Shown piece after piece: positions 30,405-39,100 of a DNA stretch of 64,000 nucleotides (its first letter is position 1; each line of letters starts with the position of its first letter). The translations under genes were made by a program, and so were the position numbers. The stretch lies in NCBI GenBank assembly GCA_021513695.1, contig CP084166.1, forward strand, positions 1,824,001-1,888,000, read 5' to 3'. Source of the DNA: Candidatus Heimdallarchaeum aukensis. Its GTDB lineage: Archaea > Asgardarchaeota > Heimdallarchaeia > Heimdallarchaeales > Heimdallarchaeaceae. The notes under the pieces were generated by a model. That model worked only from the letters and a program-made list of their open reading frames with translations. It was not told the origin of the DNA and did no database searches.

Positions 30405-31781
30405 TTATTCAATTAGTTTTTCAAGCTTTTCAACTATGTTGGAGATCCACTTAAATTGTTCCTTTGTTGGAGCTTCGAAGTATATTCTAATTTTTGGTTC
30501 TGTCCCTGATTTTCTAATCAATATCCAAGTTCCATCTTCAAAATCGAACCTTAAACCGTCAAAATCTAAGACGTTCTTTTTATAGGAAGCACAGATTGTG
30601 GTTAACTGATTCTTTAGTGAATTGAAAATAAGGTCTGCATTTTCTTCTGAAACAAGGTAGGATCTTCTTTCTGAAAAAAAGCTTGGAATTGTTTTAATTC
30701 TAGTATGAAGTGAACAGTTTTTTTCCACCAATTCTTTTAAAATTACAACTGCGCCAAATAATCCATCAATCCACAGCCCCCACTCTAAAGGGAATATGGG
30801 TTTCCATGGTTCAGCAGCAAAAACAACTTGTTCTCCATTATTAATCAACTCTAAAACCTTAGTATGAAGATCACCAAGGGGAGCACGAACAACTTTTACA
30901 GGATAAGCATTTAATGAATTATCGATACATGTCGACGAATCTATGCTAAGGACAACAATGCCGTCTTTCTTCGTAGTAAGTGATAACTGAGCAAGCAAAG
31001 CATTTACTCTTGACAACTCTATAAAATTACCTTGTTCATCAATAAATGAAACTCTGTCTCCATCTCCATCATGAGCAATACCAATAACACCTTTTTCTTT
31101 ACATAAATTAATAAGCACAGATAGATTTTCTCTACTTGGCTCTGCTAAACGACCAGGAAAACTCCCATCAATACTAGAATTAATTGTAATAACGTTAAAA
31201 CCTAGAGCAGAAAAGATTTTTGGGGATAAAAGGCTCATTGGTCCATTTGCACAGTCAACAATTAAAGTTCTATTATCAGCTTTAAAGTTTGTTTTTTGAA
31301 TTATAGCATTAAAATATTGAGAATTGGCATCGACTATTTTTCTTTGTTTTTTTATCTCATTCCAGTTAGAATGCAAAATTGATTTAAAAAGAGCTATCTC
31401 TTTTTCAAGTTTATTTTGCTCTTTTTCTGTAAATTCTCGCCCATTATATAATAATTTAATTCCATTATACTCTGGGGGGTTGTGAGAAGCAGTAATATAA
31501 ATTCCTATTTTATGTTCTGGTTTCTGTGACATAAATGCAATAACTGGAAAAGTGCATAATCCAACATCAAACACTTGTGCTCCATTTATAGATATCGTTG
31601 CCAATGCATATTGAGCTAATGATTCTGAACTTGTTCTAGCATCATGTCCCACAATAATTCCCTCATTAGGGAACATTTTAACCACAGCCTGGCTCAATTT
31701 TATTATAAGACCAGCTGTAACCTTCTTTCCGAATAATCCTCGTATTCCTGCAGTACCAAATAATTTCGTAGGAGAGTTCAT
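30405..31781 (-). CDS. glmM: Phosphoglucosamine mutase / phosphomannomutase (alpha-D-phosphohexomutase)
   Basis: Active-site ITASHNPPEYNGIKL, metal loop DGDGDR, 458 aa. Confidence 0.8.
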   Translation of the reverse strand: MNSPTKLFGTAGIRGLFGKKVTAGLIIKLSQAVVKMFPNEGIIVGHDARTSSESLAQYALATISINGAQVFDVGLCTFPVIAFMSQKPEHKIGIYITASHNPPEYNGIKLLYNGREFTEKEQNKLEKEIALFKSILHSNWNEIKKQRKIVDANSQYFNAIIQKTNFKADNRTLIVDCANGPMSLLSPKIFSALGFNVITINSSIDGSFPGRLAEPSRENLSVLINLCKEKGVIGIAHDGDGDRVSFIDEQGNFIELSRVNALLAQLSLTTKKDGIVVLSIDSSTCIDNSLNAYPVKVVRAPLGDLHTKVLELINNGEQVVFAAEPWKPIFPLEWGLWIDGLFGAVVILKELVEKNCSLHTRIKTIPSFFSERRSYLVSEENADLIFNSLKNQLTTICASYKKNVLDFDGLRFDFEDGTWILIRKSGTEPKIRIYFEAPTKEQFKWISNIVEKLEKLIE

Positions 31782-31855
31782 TAATTAAAAAGAAGTATAG
31801 TTCTTAAAAAAATTACTAAAAAAGAAATATGTGAAGGGTTTTTACTAGCACAAAA

Positions 31856-32260
31856 TTATCTGTAAGATTTCTGGAATCTTGAACGAGCACTTGGTCCTCC
31901 AAAATGTTTAGGTTCTGTTCTCCTTGGATCTCCAGAAATAATTGTTTTGTCATATGCAACAAATTTCTCTTTCAAGGTCTCATCCTCAAAATAGTTTACA
32001 AGCCCACGGGCAATTGCAGTTCTTACGGCTTCTGCTTGTCCCATATATCCACCTCCATGGACATTGACTCTTATGTCTATTTTATCACGAATATCCTGCC
32101 CAGCGAGCATAAAAATTTCTTCGATTTTTATTCTTTGAAGTTCATTGGGCAATATTTCAAGAGGAATACCATTAATCCTTACTCTACCTTTTCCTTCTTT
32201 TATTGTTGCACGAGCAATTGCGGTTTTTCTTTTTCCTGACATTACTACGACTTTAACCAT
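31856..32260 (-). CDS. rps9: Ribosomal protein uS9
   Basis: [19 protein letters not shown]...[23 protein letters not shown]. The start moves to the internal Met because the longer ORF would overlap rpl13. Confidence 0.85.
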   Translation of the reverse strand: MVKVVVMSGKRKTAIARATIKEGKGRVRINGIPLEILPNELQRIKIEEIFMLAGQDIRDKIDIRVNVHGGGYMGQAEAVRTAIARGLVNYFEDETLKEKFVAYDKTIISGDPRRTEPKHFGGPSARSRFQKSYR

Positions 32261-32273
32261 AATTATCACCAGC

Positions 32274-32750
32274 TTATTTTCCCCACCCAAACTCTTTACA
32301 CAGTTCACCCACAGTAATATACTGACAGGTTAGTTTACTTCCATCTGCATATTTTGGTCTAATAATATCTTCCGCCTTAACATTTTCTGGGATTCCAATA
32401 TGTGCCAGTAAGCGATGATAGGCAGATCTACCCTTGGGTTTCTTCATAGGTAACATTCCCCTTACTGTACGTCTAACGATTCTATCAGGTCTCTTTGGAT
32501 GAAAAGGACCTCTACGTGGATTTGATAATGTGTGCTTTTTGTGCATGTCTAATGTTTCCTTTAATATAGAAGCTTTCTTTCCAGAAATAATAGCTTTTTC
32601 GCAGTTGATGATATCAACTTTATTTCCTTCTAACAGTAATTTAGCAACTTCAGAACTTAGCCTACCAAGAATAGCATTCTCAGCATCTATTATTACTTTT
32701 TTCTGTATAATTTTCCTTATTTTTTCCTTCTGTTTCTGCATTTTGCACAC
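32274..32750 (-). CDS. rpl13: Ribosomal protein uL13
   Basis: [24 protein letters not shown], the uL13 signature. Confidence 0.85.
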   Translation of the reverse strand: MCKMQKQKEKIRKIIQKKVIIDAENAILGRLSSEVAKLLLEGNKVDIINCEKAIISGKKASILKETLDMHKKHTLSNPRRGPFHPKRPDRIVRRTVRGMLPMKKPKGRSAYHRLLAHIGIPENVKAEDIIRPKYADGSKLTCQYITVGELCKEFGWGK

Positions 32751-32751
32751 C

Positions 32752-33117
32752 TTATACGATTATTTTCACCTTTTTTGGTTCAGGTGGATTCTTTATTAGT
32801 TCAGTTAGCGTCATCATTTTACTATTGGAATCAGCGATTTTAGCTTTTGCATTCTCTGAAAAGCGTAGTGCAGCAATAGTAACAGGATGGTCTAACACCC
32901 CAGATGATAATACAGAACCAGGAACAACTGCGATTTCGTCTTTACTAACATAACGATTTATTTTACTTAAGTTCACAGCAGCCCTTTGTCTTCTGGGTTT
33001 CTCTAATTTTTCAGCAACTGTCTTCCAAATTTGAACTTTATGTTCAGAAGATAGTTTTTTTAACAAGTTGATTACTTCAATCAGATTTGTATCTGTTGGA
33101 CCAGTTCTTTTTGGCAT
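32752..33117 (-). CDS. rpl18e: Ribosomal protein eL18 (L18e)
   Basis: MPKRTGPTDTNLIEVINLLKK...; lies in the conserved rpoD-L18e-L13-S9 cluster. Confidence 0.8.
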   Translation of the reverse strand: MPKRTGPTDTNLIEVINLLKKLSSEHKVQIWKTVAEKLEKPRRQRAAVNLSKINRYVSKDEIAVVPGSVLSSGVLDHPVTIAALRFSENAKAKIADSNSKMMTLTELIKNPPEPKKVKIIV

Positions 33118-33135
33118 GATTATCTCACTTTATTC

Positions 33136-33960
33136 TTATTCTTCTTCGCTTGTAGTGATTACTTCTAATTTGTTTTTTAATTCGTCGATTCTAGAGAGAA
33201 GTATCTCTCCAGCTTTTTCCATTAACTTAGATGGTGGCATACCATTGTTAATTTCGAAAGAAAAGATAATTTTAGAAGAATCATGTTTTATTTGAACCGC
33301 ACCAGGTTCGGCAAAATCTGTACAGTAACCACATAAGTTACAGTTAAGTAGATTTTCAACAGTCAATTTCCCGTTTTTTATAGAAAATACATTACGATAG
33401 CATGCATCAGCAACTTTCTTGGGATCTTTAATTTTCTCATGATCAATCTCAATTACGGGGTAAAACTGATATCCCATCGCAGAGACAGGTTGCCATTTAG
33501 CATGGTTTTTTCCCGTACCAAGTTGAGCCATACATTCAAGCTCTAAAGCTTGATTAGGGCCTAACTTTACTATAGGAATTTTACTACTAATGGGTTCTAC
33601 TCCTTCCTGAGAAGAAATAAGATCACCACTGTAAACAATAGCAGGTTCTTGGCTTGTTTCTTTTGAAATTGTTAAAGTTACAGTACAAAGATTGCAACCT
33701 ATTCCATTGCAGTCACACTCATCTCTAAAGTTCAGCTCTAGAGTGTCAGCATCATATTTCAAAGGGATTAAGCCTAATCGTTGAGCTATAAATTCATCGA
33801 AAAGTGGAGAAGTGTTCTTTAACACATATACATCCTCAATAACAAGTGTTGGAACTTCAGCTATTGCTATTCTACGAATAGCATTGGCAAAAGCGATGCT
33901 AGTATCTTCTAATATAAATTTCACAGAATTCGGGAGTAATTCAATTATATCAATGTCCAT
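33136..33960 (-). CDS. rpoD: DNA-directed RNA polymerase subunit D (Rpo3) with 4Fe-4S cysteine cluster
   Basis: Dimerisation domain plus CNLCGYCTDF...CDCNGIGCNLC cysteines. 274 aa. Confidence 0.85.
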   Translation of the reverse strand: MDIDIIELLPNSVKFILEDTSIAFANAIRRIAIAEVPTLVIEDVYVLKNTSPLFDEFIAQRLGLIPLKYDADTLELNFRDECDCNGIGCNLCTVTLTISKETSQEPAIVYSGDLISSQEGVEPISSKIPIVKLGPNQALELECMAQLGTGKNHAKWQPVSAMGYQFYPVIEIDHEKIKDPKKVADACYRNVFSIKNGKLTVENLLNCNLCGYCTDFAEPGAVQIKHDSSKIIFSFEINNGMPPSKLMEKAGEILLSRIDELKNKLEVITTSEEE

Positions 33961-33997
33961 ATAGTGCCACCTAGTAAAGGTTCATCTATACGAACCC

Positions 33998-34015
33998 AAT
34001 TATAATTATAAAAAA
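33998..34015 (-). promoter_or_regulatory. Putative TATA-like promoter element for rpoD
   Basis: The minus strand reads ttttttataattataatt about 38-55 nt upstream of the rpoD ATG. By eye only. Confidence 0.25.
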
Positions 34016-34287
34016 GGTTTTCCATGATATACTTTTTTACGTAAAGTTTTTCGCACTCTGTCTTACAAGAGAGAAAACTAACTGAAGGGGTTTAATCTCT
34101 TGAAATCAACCCAAGCATACAATACTATAAAGAGGGTTGAGACAGACATCATACACGAATCGTGGGAATCATAAAGAAGAAAAGAACTAAAAACTCTTTT
34201 CTTCACTCCACGAGAGACAAAAAAGAAAGAATGAAGAAACTAACTCTAACACAAAAGGAGAGAATTAGTCCTTTCTTTTTTTGTCTA

Positions 34288-35742
34288 CTAGAACTGCAAC
34301 CAATGGCTGAGTCCTCGGCAAACAGTGAAATGAGTAGAACTGTATTTTTGACCAGTGAGGTAATCAGTAATAGTGTTTCCTCGGGGACGGAAAAGCGTCC
34401 CAAGGAACTTCCGAGCGATATTCATTGCTCCTGTGAGGTCAGAGTGGAAAGTATAACCGCAAGAGGAGCAATGTACTAACCCTCTAACGGGACGGACAAC
34501 TTTCCTTCCACAACGAGCACAGTAAGAAGATGTCCCTTTTTCTCCTATTATTAATATACGGTGAGGTTCAAAACCTCGGAGTATCAATGCTCGACGGAGA
34601 AGAGCAAGAACAAGGTAAAAATTCCACTGGTGAAGTTTTCTACGAAACTTACGAGTACTTTTACCTTTCCCTTTTTCTTTCTCCTCTCGAATGTGTTTAG
34701 GGTAACCTACAACAACGAAAAGGTCATACTTTCGAGCATAGGTCTCTATCGTCTGGACGATGTCGCTTATAAATTGGTGAGTATAAGCTCGTTTAACGTT
34801 TCTATATCTTCTTCGAAGAAGACCGAGAAAACGATAGATTTGATGTTTCTTACCCGACTGGTCGTTTAGAGCCGCTTTCCTCTGAAGACGGGAAAGTTTG
34901 AGTTTATATCGATGATTAACTCTATTCCACTGTTTGGTATGCCATAATTTTATCTCTTTACTTGTTAATTTCTTTTTAGGCGTCAGTAACACTCCTGCAG
35001 CAGGAATGTTTATCCCTATATCTATTCCCAGCACAGCTGGAGGAAGAGAAGAAGAATTTTCTTCTTCAGGAGGATAAAAAGAGGAAGAAAGAACTTTTAA
35101 TTGGAAATATACCCACCACTCACGTGTAGAACGTTTATATCTTAACTCTAGACTTTTTATTCTTCCTTTCTTTAACTCTTTCTGGTGGAAAGTGCTCATC
35201 TCTAAAGGTAACCACAATCTCTGGTGGTAAGGTGTTCCTCTTCTCCATGTATCTAACGAGTCTCTTACCCCCACCCACCAACGAGTGAGAGTATTATCCT
35301 TCTCTTTAGGTAGATGAACTAGAATGAACCTCTTTTTGTTAATTAATTGTCTTCTTGCTCTCTTTATCGGAGGACGAGTAGGACTGGGTCTATACCCTTG
35401 TTCGTATAGTTGCACAGCTATATCTCTACACTCTTGAAACTCATCGTGAGAACAATAAGGGAACATTTTCTTGAAATCGTGAGGAACAGTTTCTCTCCTT
35501 TCCTCTTCTTTAACTTTTGAAGTCGTTAGCGTCAGTTCATCTAGTTTTCCTTTATGTACCCTTATTTCCCCTTTTTTTGTTCTTCTACATACCTTTCTTC
35601 TGTTGTGATGTATTATTCTCACATACTTCTCTATTATTCTTGTGTCTCTTCCTGTTATTCTCCTTAACCTTTCCTTTTTCCTTGTCGTCAATACCTTATT
35701 CTTTACTCTCACTTTCAAGGTTTTGACGACGTCCTCCATCAT
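34288..35742 (-). CDS. tnpB: TnpB (IS200/IS605-family IS1341-type OrfB; OMEGA RNA-guided nuclease family)
   Basis: RuvC-I GIDIGINIPAAG, C4 zinc finger CARCGRK...CSSCGY, RuvC-III HSDLTGAMNIARK. 484 aa, very Arg/Lys-rich. GC-richer than its surroundings. Confidence 0.8.
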   Translation of the reverse strand: MMEDVVKTLKVRVKNKVLTTRKKERLRRITGRDTRIIEKYVRIIHHNRRKVCRRTKKGEIRVHKGKLDELTLTTSKVKEEERRETVPHDFKKMFPYCSHDEFQECRDIAVQLYEQGYRPSPTRPPIKRARRQLINKKRFILVHLPKEKDNTLTRWWVGVRDSLDTWRRGTPYHQRLWLPLEMSTFHQKELKKGRIKSLELRYKRSTREWWVYFQLKVLSSSFYPPEEENSSSLPPAVLGIDIGINIPAAGVLLTPKKKLTSKEIKLWHTKQWNRVNHRYKLKLSRLQRKAALNDQSGKKHQIYRFLGLLRRRYRNVKRAYTHQFISDIVQTIETYARKYDLFVVVGYPKHIREEKEKGKGKSTRKFRRKLHQWNFYLVLALLRRALILRGFEPHRILIIGEKGTSSYCARCGRKVVRPVRGLVHCSSCGYTFHSDLTGAMNIARKFLGTLFRPRGNTITDYLTGQKYSSTHFTVCRGLSHWLQF

Positions 35743-35918
35743 TCTTTTTTCCTTCCTTTCCTTTGTTTTCTTTTTTTTCTTCTCCTCTTTTTTCTTCTAT
35801 TTTTTTCACTATAAAAACCCCTCTCCTTCCTCTCCGCTCTTCTCTTTTTTCCTCACTTTGCCGCCAACAACTGTAAATTAAGTAAAAAAATAGACGCATG
35901 GTTGTTTTTTTCTATAAA

Positions 35919-36022
35919 TGGTGAGGGGAGGGCGATTCGAACGCCCGAACCACTAAGGAACGGATGGCCCATCTTCTTTAAGATCTTGAGTCCGTCGCCG
36001 TTGACCTCTTGGCTATCCCCCC
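35919..36022 (-). tRNA. tRNA-Leu (anticodon CAA) with a 19-nt canonical (37/38) intron; CCA encoded
   Basis: Folded by hand: acceptor GGGGGGA/UCCCCUC, D stem GCC/GGC with an 11-nt loop (type II), anticodon stem ACGGA/UCCGU, loop CUCAAG[intron AUCUUAAAGAAGAUGGGCC]A, 14-nt variable arm, T arm GGGCG-UUCGAAU-CGCCC, discriminator A73. Confidence 0.6.
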
Positions 36023-36170
36023 ATGTTAGATGAAGGATAAGCTCAAACGAACCTATTTTTCACATATTTTAAATTTTTTTGTAAGATATATTTCAGAATT
36101 TAATTTAAAATTAAATAAAAACATAAAAAAATTTGTTCCTCTAACAAAAGTAAAAAAATATGTTGTTATT

Positions 36171-36626
36171 CTAACGTTGTGGCTTTTGCTTTCTTCCTTC
36201 TACAAGCATTTTAATAGCCGCACCATTCACATGGGTTACTTGCCATTTTACTCCAGGAATATCTCCTTTTGCTCCCTTTTGTGCCCCACCTATAGAACAA
36301 ACAAGAACTTCATCATGTTCCTCAATATAGAGTAATCCTCCGTCGTGAGGAACAAAAGCTCCTATCTGTTTTCCATTCTTTGTTAATCTTACCCTTACAC
36401 ATTTTCTTAAAGCAGAGTTAGGTTGCTTACTTTCTACACCATATTTTTCAACCACAATTCCTCTTGCAGCTGGAGCACCTTCTAATGGATCTGCTTTTTT
36501 ATCTAATCTTAACATTTTTCGTTTATAATAGCTATCTTTCCAACGAAACTTTTTCCTCTTCTGAACTAATTTACGTGCTGCGTATTCTCCTTTTGGACTT
36601 TTCGAACCAGTCATTTTATACACCAT
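36171..36626 (-). CDS. rps12: Ribosomal protein uS12
   Basis: [55 protein letters not shown]...[10 protein letters not shown] closely matches archaeal uS12. Confidence 0.85.
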   Translation of the reverse strand: MVYKMTGSKSPKGEYAARKLVQKRKKFRWKDSYYKRKMLRLDKKADPLEGAPAARGIVVEKYGVESKQPNSALRKCVRVRLTKNGKQIGAFVPHDGGLLYIEEHDEVLVCSIGGAQKGAKGDIPGVKWQVTHVNGAAIKMLVEGRKQKPQR

Positions 36627-36796
36627 AGTTTTAATAAGTTTGACTCTACTACGTCTTCCTCTTATGTTTCTTCCTTTTACCTTTCATTAAAAAACTTTTG
36701 ATTTTATACATATTCTTTTTCTTATTGAGAGAAAAAAATATTTCAAAAGTTTATTTCCTCATAATTAATAAATAAAAGAAGGTTAAAAGAAAATTA

Positions 36797-38164
36797 TTAA
36801 TAGGAAGTTATTGAGACATCCTTTTTTGCTTTTTCATAATTTGGTTGAATTTTGTCCCATATTCCTTTTATTTTCTGAACATCATCAGGATGAGCATAAA
36901 CTCGGACTAATGTATACCTTGAATTTCCACTTGCTATGGTGTATATATATTTAGTTGCTATCAACGCTTCGCTAAGTGTAAAAGATTTTCTTCCTGGATG
37001 TATACGGTTGTGTGGATCATAAATGAAAACATTTGAAGCTTGAAACTCATCAGCGCTAATTGTAGAAAGTTTATATGTTGAATCAATTATCATTTTATGT
37101 TTTATTTTGATATTATTTGCTTTGGCATATTCTTTAACTTTTTTAATGAATGATTCGTTTGCAGTCATTTCACATAGTTCTTCTACAGAAACACCTAGAT
37201 TTTCAGAAGTTGTCTCGTCTATTATCTTTTCCCAGACAGCTTTGTGTAGGCGTCGGTTTAGAAAGTCTTTTACATACGCCTTGGCTTTCTTTAGCTCCGG
37301 AGCCTCGCTAGAAAATATTTCCCCTATTAATGTATATTCGTTCAAGTAGGTAAATAACTCAAAATCTTTTGTTCGTTCAATTAAATTAAGAGGTTCTAAT
37401 GACTCTCTTAAAAACGATTGAATTAGAATATCAGCAGCTCTTGCAGCTTTATGGAAATATACACTCTTATATTCAAAAAATCTACCAATTAAAGATGAGT
37501 AGATATCATCTAGAACTTTCCAATTATAATGTATGGCTTCTTCTCCGTCATGTTCATGAATTATGGTATTATTTATTATTCTATTAACATCAATTTCACC
37601 AAAGTGAGTAGTTCCAGCAAATAGAGAATCACGTAACATAAAGTCTAGTCTATCAGCGCCTAAAGCGCCTTGGATCAGAGGATGTAATAAATGACTACGT
37701 CCATCCCAAACTTTAATCAATTCCTCAGGGTCACAAAATTCCTCAATTATAGGCTTGAGTAAATCAGATTTTATCAATTTATTACGATGGACATCATGAC
37801 CATGGGGATGATCAGGATATACTTGTTTATAAACAACGTCATCATATTGATGACTAAATGGTCCATGTCCAATATCGTGGAGTAACCCTGCTAACCTAGC
37901 AAGTTGCACTTTATAGGTCACATCATCATAATCCTTGAACACTTCAGCAGTATATTGACCAGCTAAATGCATAACACCAACACAGTGAGCGAAGCGTGTA
38001 TGAACTGCAGAAGGGTAAACATGACGAACCCCAGATAATTGACTTATCCAGCGCAATCGCTGAAAAACAGGAGTGTCAATTATTTTATTTTCTATCTCGG
38101 TTATTCTTATTTCATCATGAATAGCATCTTTAATTGTACGAGTATATTTTAAATTAGACTGCAT
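36797..38164 (-). CDS. HD-domain dNTP triphosphohydrolase-like protein (dGTPase/SAMHD1 family)
   Basis: FAHCVGVMHLAG...LAGLLHDIGHGPFSH HD motif. 455 aa. Confidence 0.6.
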   Translation of the reverse strand: MQSNLKYTRTIKDAIHDEIRITEIENKIIDTPVFQRLRWISQLSGVRHVYPSAVHTRFAHCVGVMHLAGQYTAEVFKDYDDVTYKVQLARLAGLLHDIGHGPFSHQYDDVVYKQVYPDHPHGHDVHRNKLIKSDLLKPIIEEFCDPEELIKVWDGRSHLLHPLIQGALGADRLDFMLRDSLFAGTTHFGEIDVNRIINNTIIHEHDGEEAIHYNWKVLDDIYSSLIGRFFEYKSVYFHKAARAADILIQSFLRESLEPLNLIERTKDFELFTYLNEYTLIGEIFSSEAPELKKAKAYVKDFLNRRLHKAVWEKIIDETTSENLGVSVEELCEMTANESFIKKVKEYAKANNIKIKHKMIIDSTYKLSTISADEFQASNVFIYDPHNRIHPGRKSFTLSEALIATKYIYTIASGNSRYTLVRVYAHPDDVQKIKGIWDKIQPNYEKAKKDVSITSY

Positions 38165-38256
38165 ATCGATTCCTCTATACTTTACAATAACTTTTTAATA
38201 TTAAATCCTTTTAATCTTTTTGATTTTGGATGATATTTCGACAAAAAAAGAATAAC

Positions 38257-38363
38257 TGGTGGACTGGGCGAGAATTTCGGTCTAGACACCCACAGCGCCA
38301 TATCTCTCGAACTCGCGGCCTCTTCACTGCGAATGAAGCGTTCTTCCTCTGAACTACCAGCCC
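38257..38363 (-). tRNA. tRNA-Ala (anticodon CGC) with an apparent 32-nt intron at a non-canonical T-loop position; CCA encoded
   Basis: Hand fold: acceptor GGGCUGG/CCAGUCC with G3:U70, A73, D stem GUUC/GAAC, anticodon stem CUUCA/UGAAG, loop UUCGCAG, variable AGGCC, T stem GCGAG/CUCGC enclosing 39 nt (a 7-nt loop plus a 32-nt insert). 107 nt in total. Confidence 0.6.
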
Positions 38364-38556
38364 ACTCTTTCTAAATTTTTCAAGAATAAATTATTTTAAC
38401 ATTTATAACTGCAACTTTTAAGTTTCCACTTATTTTTGTATCTTTTGACATCTACTATTTTTCTTACTTTTTTTGATATTCTTAGTAATAATAATGTATC
38501 ATAATGAATTTTTCATAGCTCTGTCTTAGTTTTAGTAATAAAAATAAAAGTATAGA

Positions 38557-38961
38557 TTATTTAACTCTCATAATTCTCATTTTGCCTAATGCTTTCCAGT
38601 ACTCTACTTCACACCCTTCCGTTATTTCTCCGTCTATTTCTCCTTCTGGGGGTAAACTTGCTTCAAATGTTTCGTATGTTTCCATGTCCATCAATTGTAC
38701 ACTGTCTTCGCTTATTGCTAATACTTGAGCAGTTCTTTTGTCTATTATAGGCGATTGTAATTTTTGGTCTCCAGGTATCGTTATTTCTGTTTTATTTCCA
38801 GTAAAAATGTTTTCTATTTTCATTCTACATTTTGCATGTCCATGTTTTCCTGATTTTGACTTTTCTATATCTCGTACTAGATATACATCTCCATCTTTAA
38901 CTATATAATTTCCTGCTTTTACTTGTCCAGCTTTTATCGGTTGAACATCATATTCACTCAT
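38557..38961 (-). CDS. eif5a: Translation initiation factor aIF5A
   Basis: Hypusination loop SKSGKHGHAKCRMK. 134 aa. Confidence 0.85.
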   Translation of the reverse strand: MSEYDVQPIKAGQVKAGNYIVKDGDVYLVRDIEKSKSGKHGHAKCRMKIENIFTGNKTEITIPGDQKLQSPIIDKRTAQVLAISEDSVQLMDMETYETFEASLPPEGEIDGEITEGCEVEYWKALGKMRIMRVK

Positions 38962-39100
38962 ACATACTCACATCTTATTTTTGTGTTATTATTAATTGAC
39001 AGTTTAAAAAGATTTACTCGTTATAGAGAATTAGGTATTAAATCACGAGTACTTTGTTCAGCGTAATTCTTTTTTCAGATAAAGTAGGAAAAAAAAGATA

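Noticed and set aside
34162-34479. Plus-strand ORF overlapping the tnpB 3' end
   Set aside because: It is most likely spurious. The region is better explained as the tnpB 3' end and omega-RNA region than as a separate CDS.
35696-35899. ORF encoding a K/E/R/G low-complexity peptide between tnpB and tRNA-Leu
   Set aside because: It is the translation of a pyrimidine-rich, homopolymer-like tract on the opposite strand. It has no start context and no domain, so it is most likely non-coding spacer or element-end sequence.
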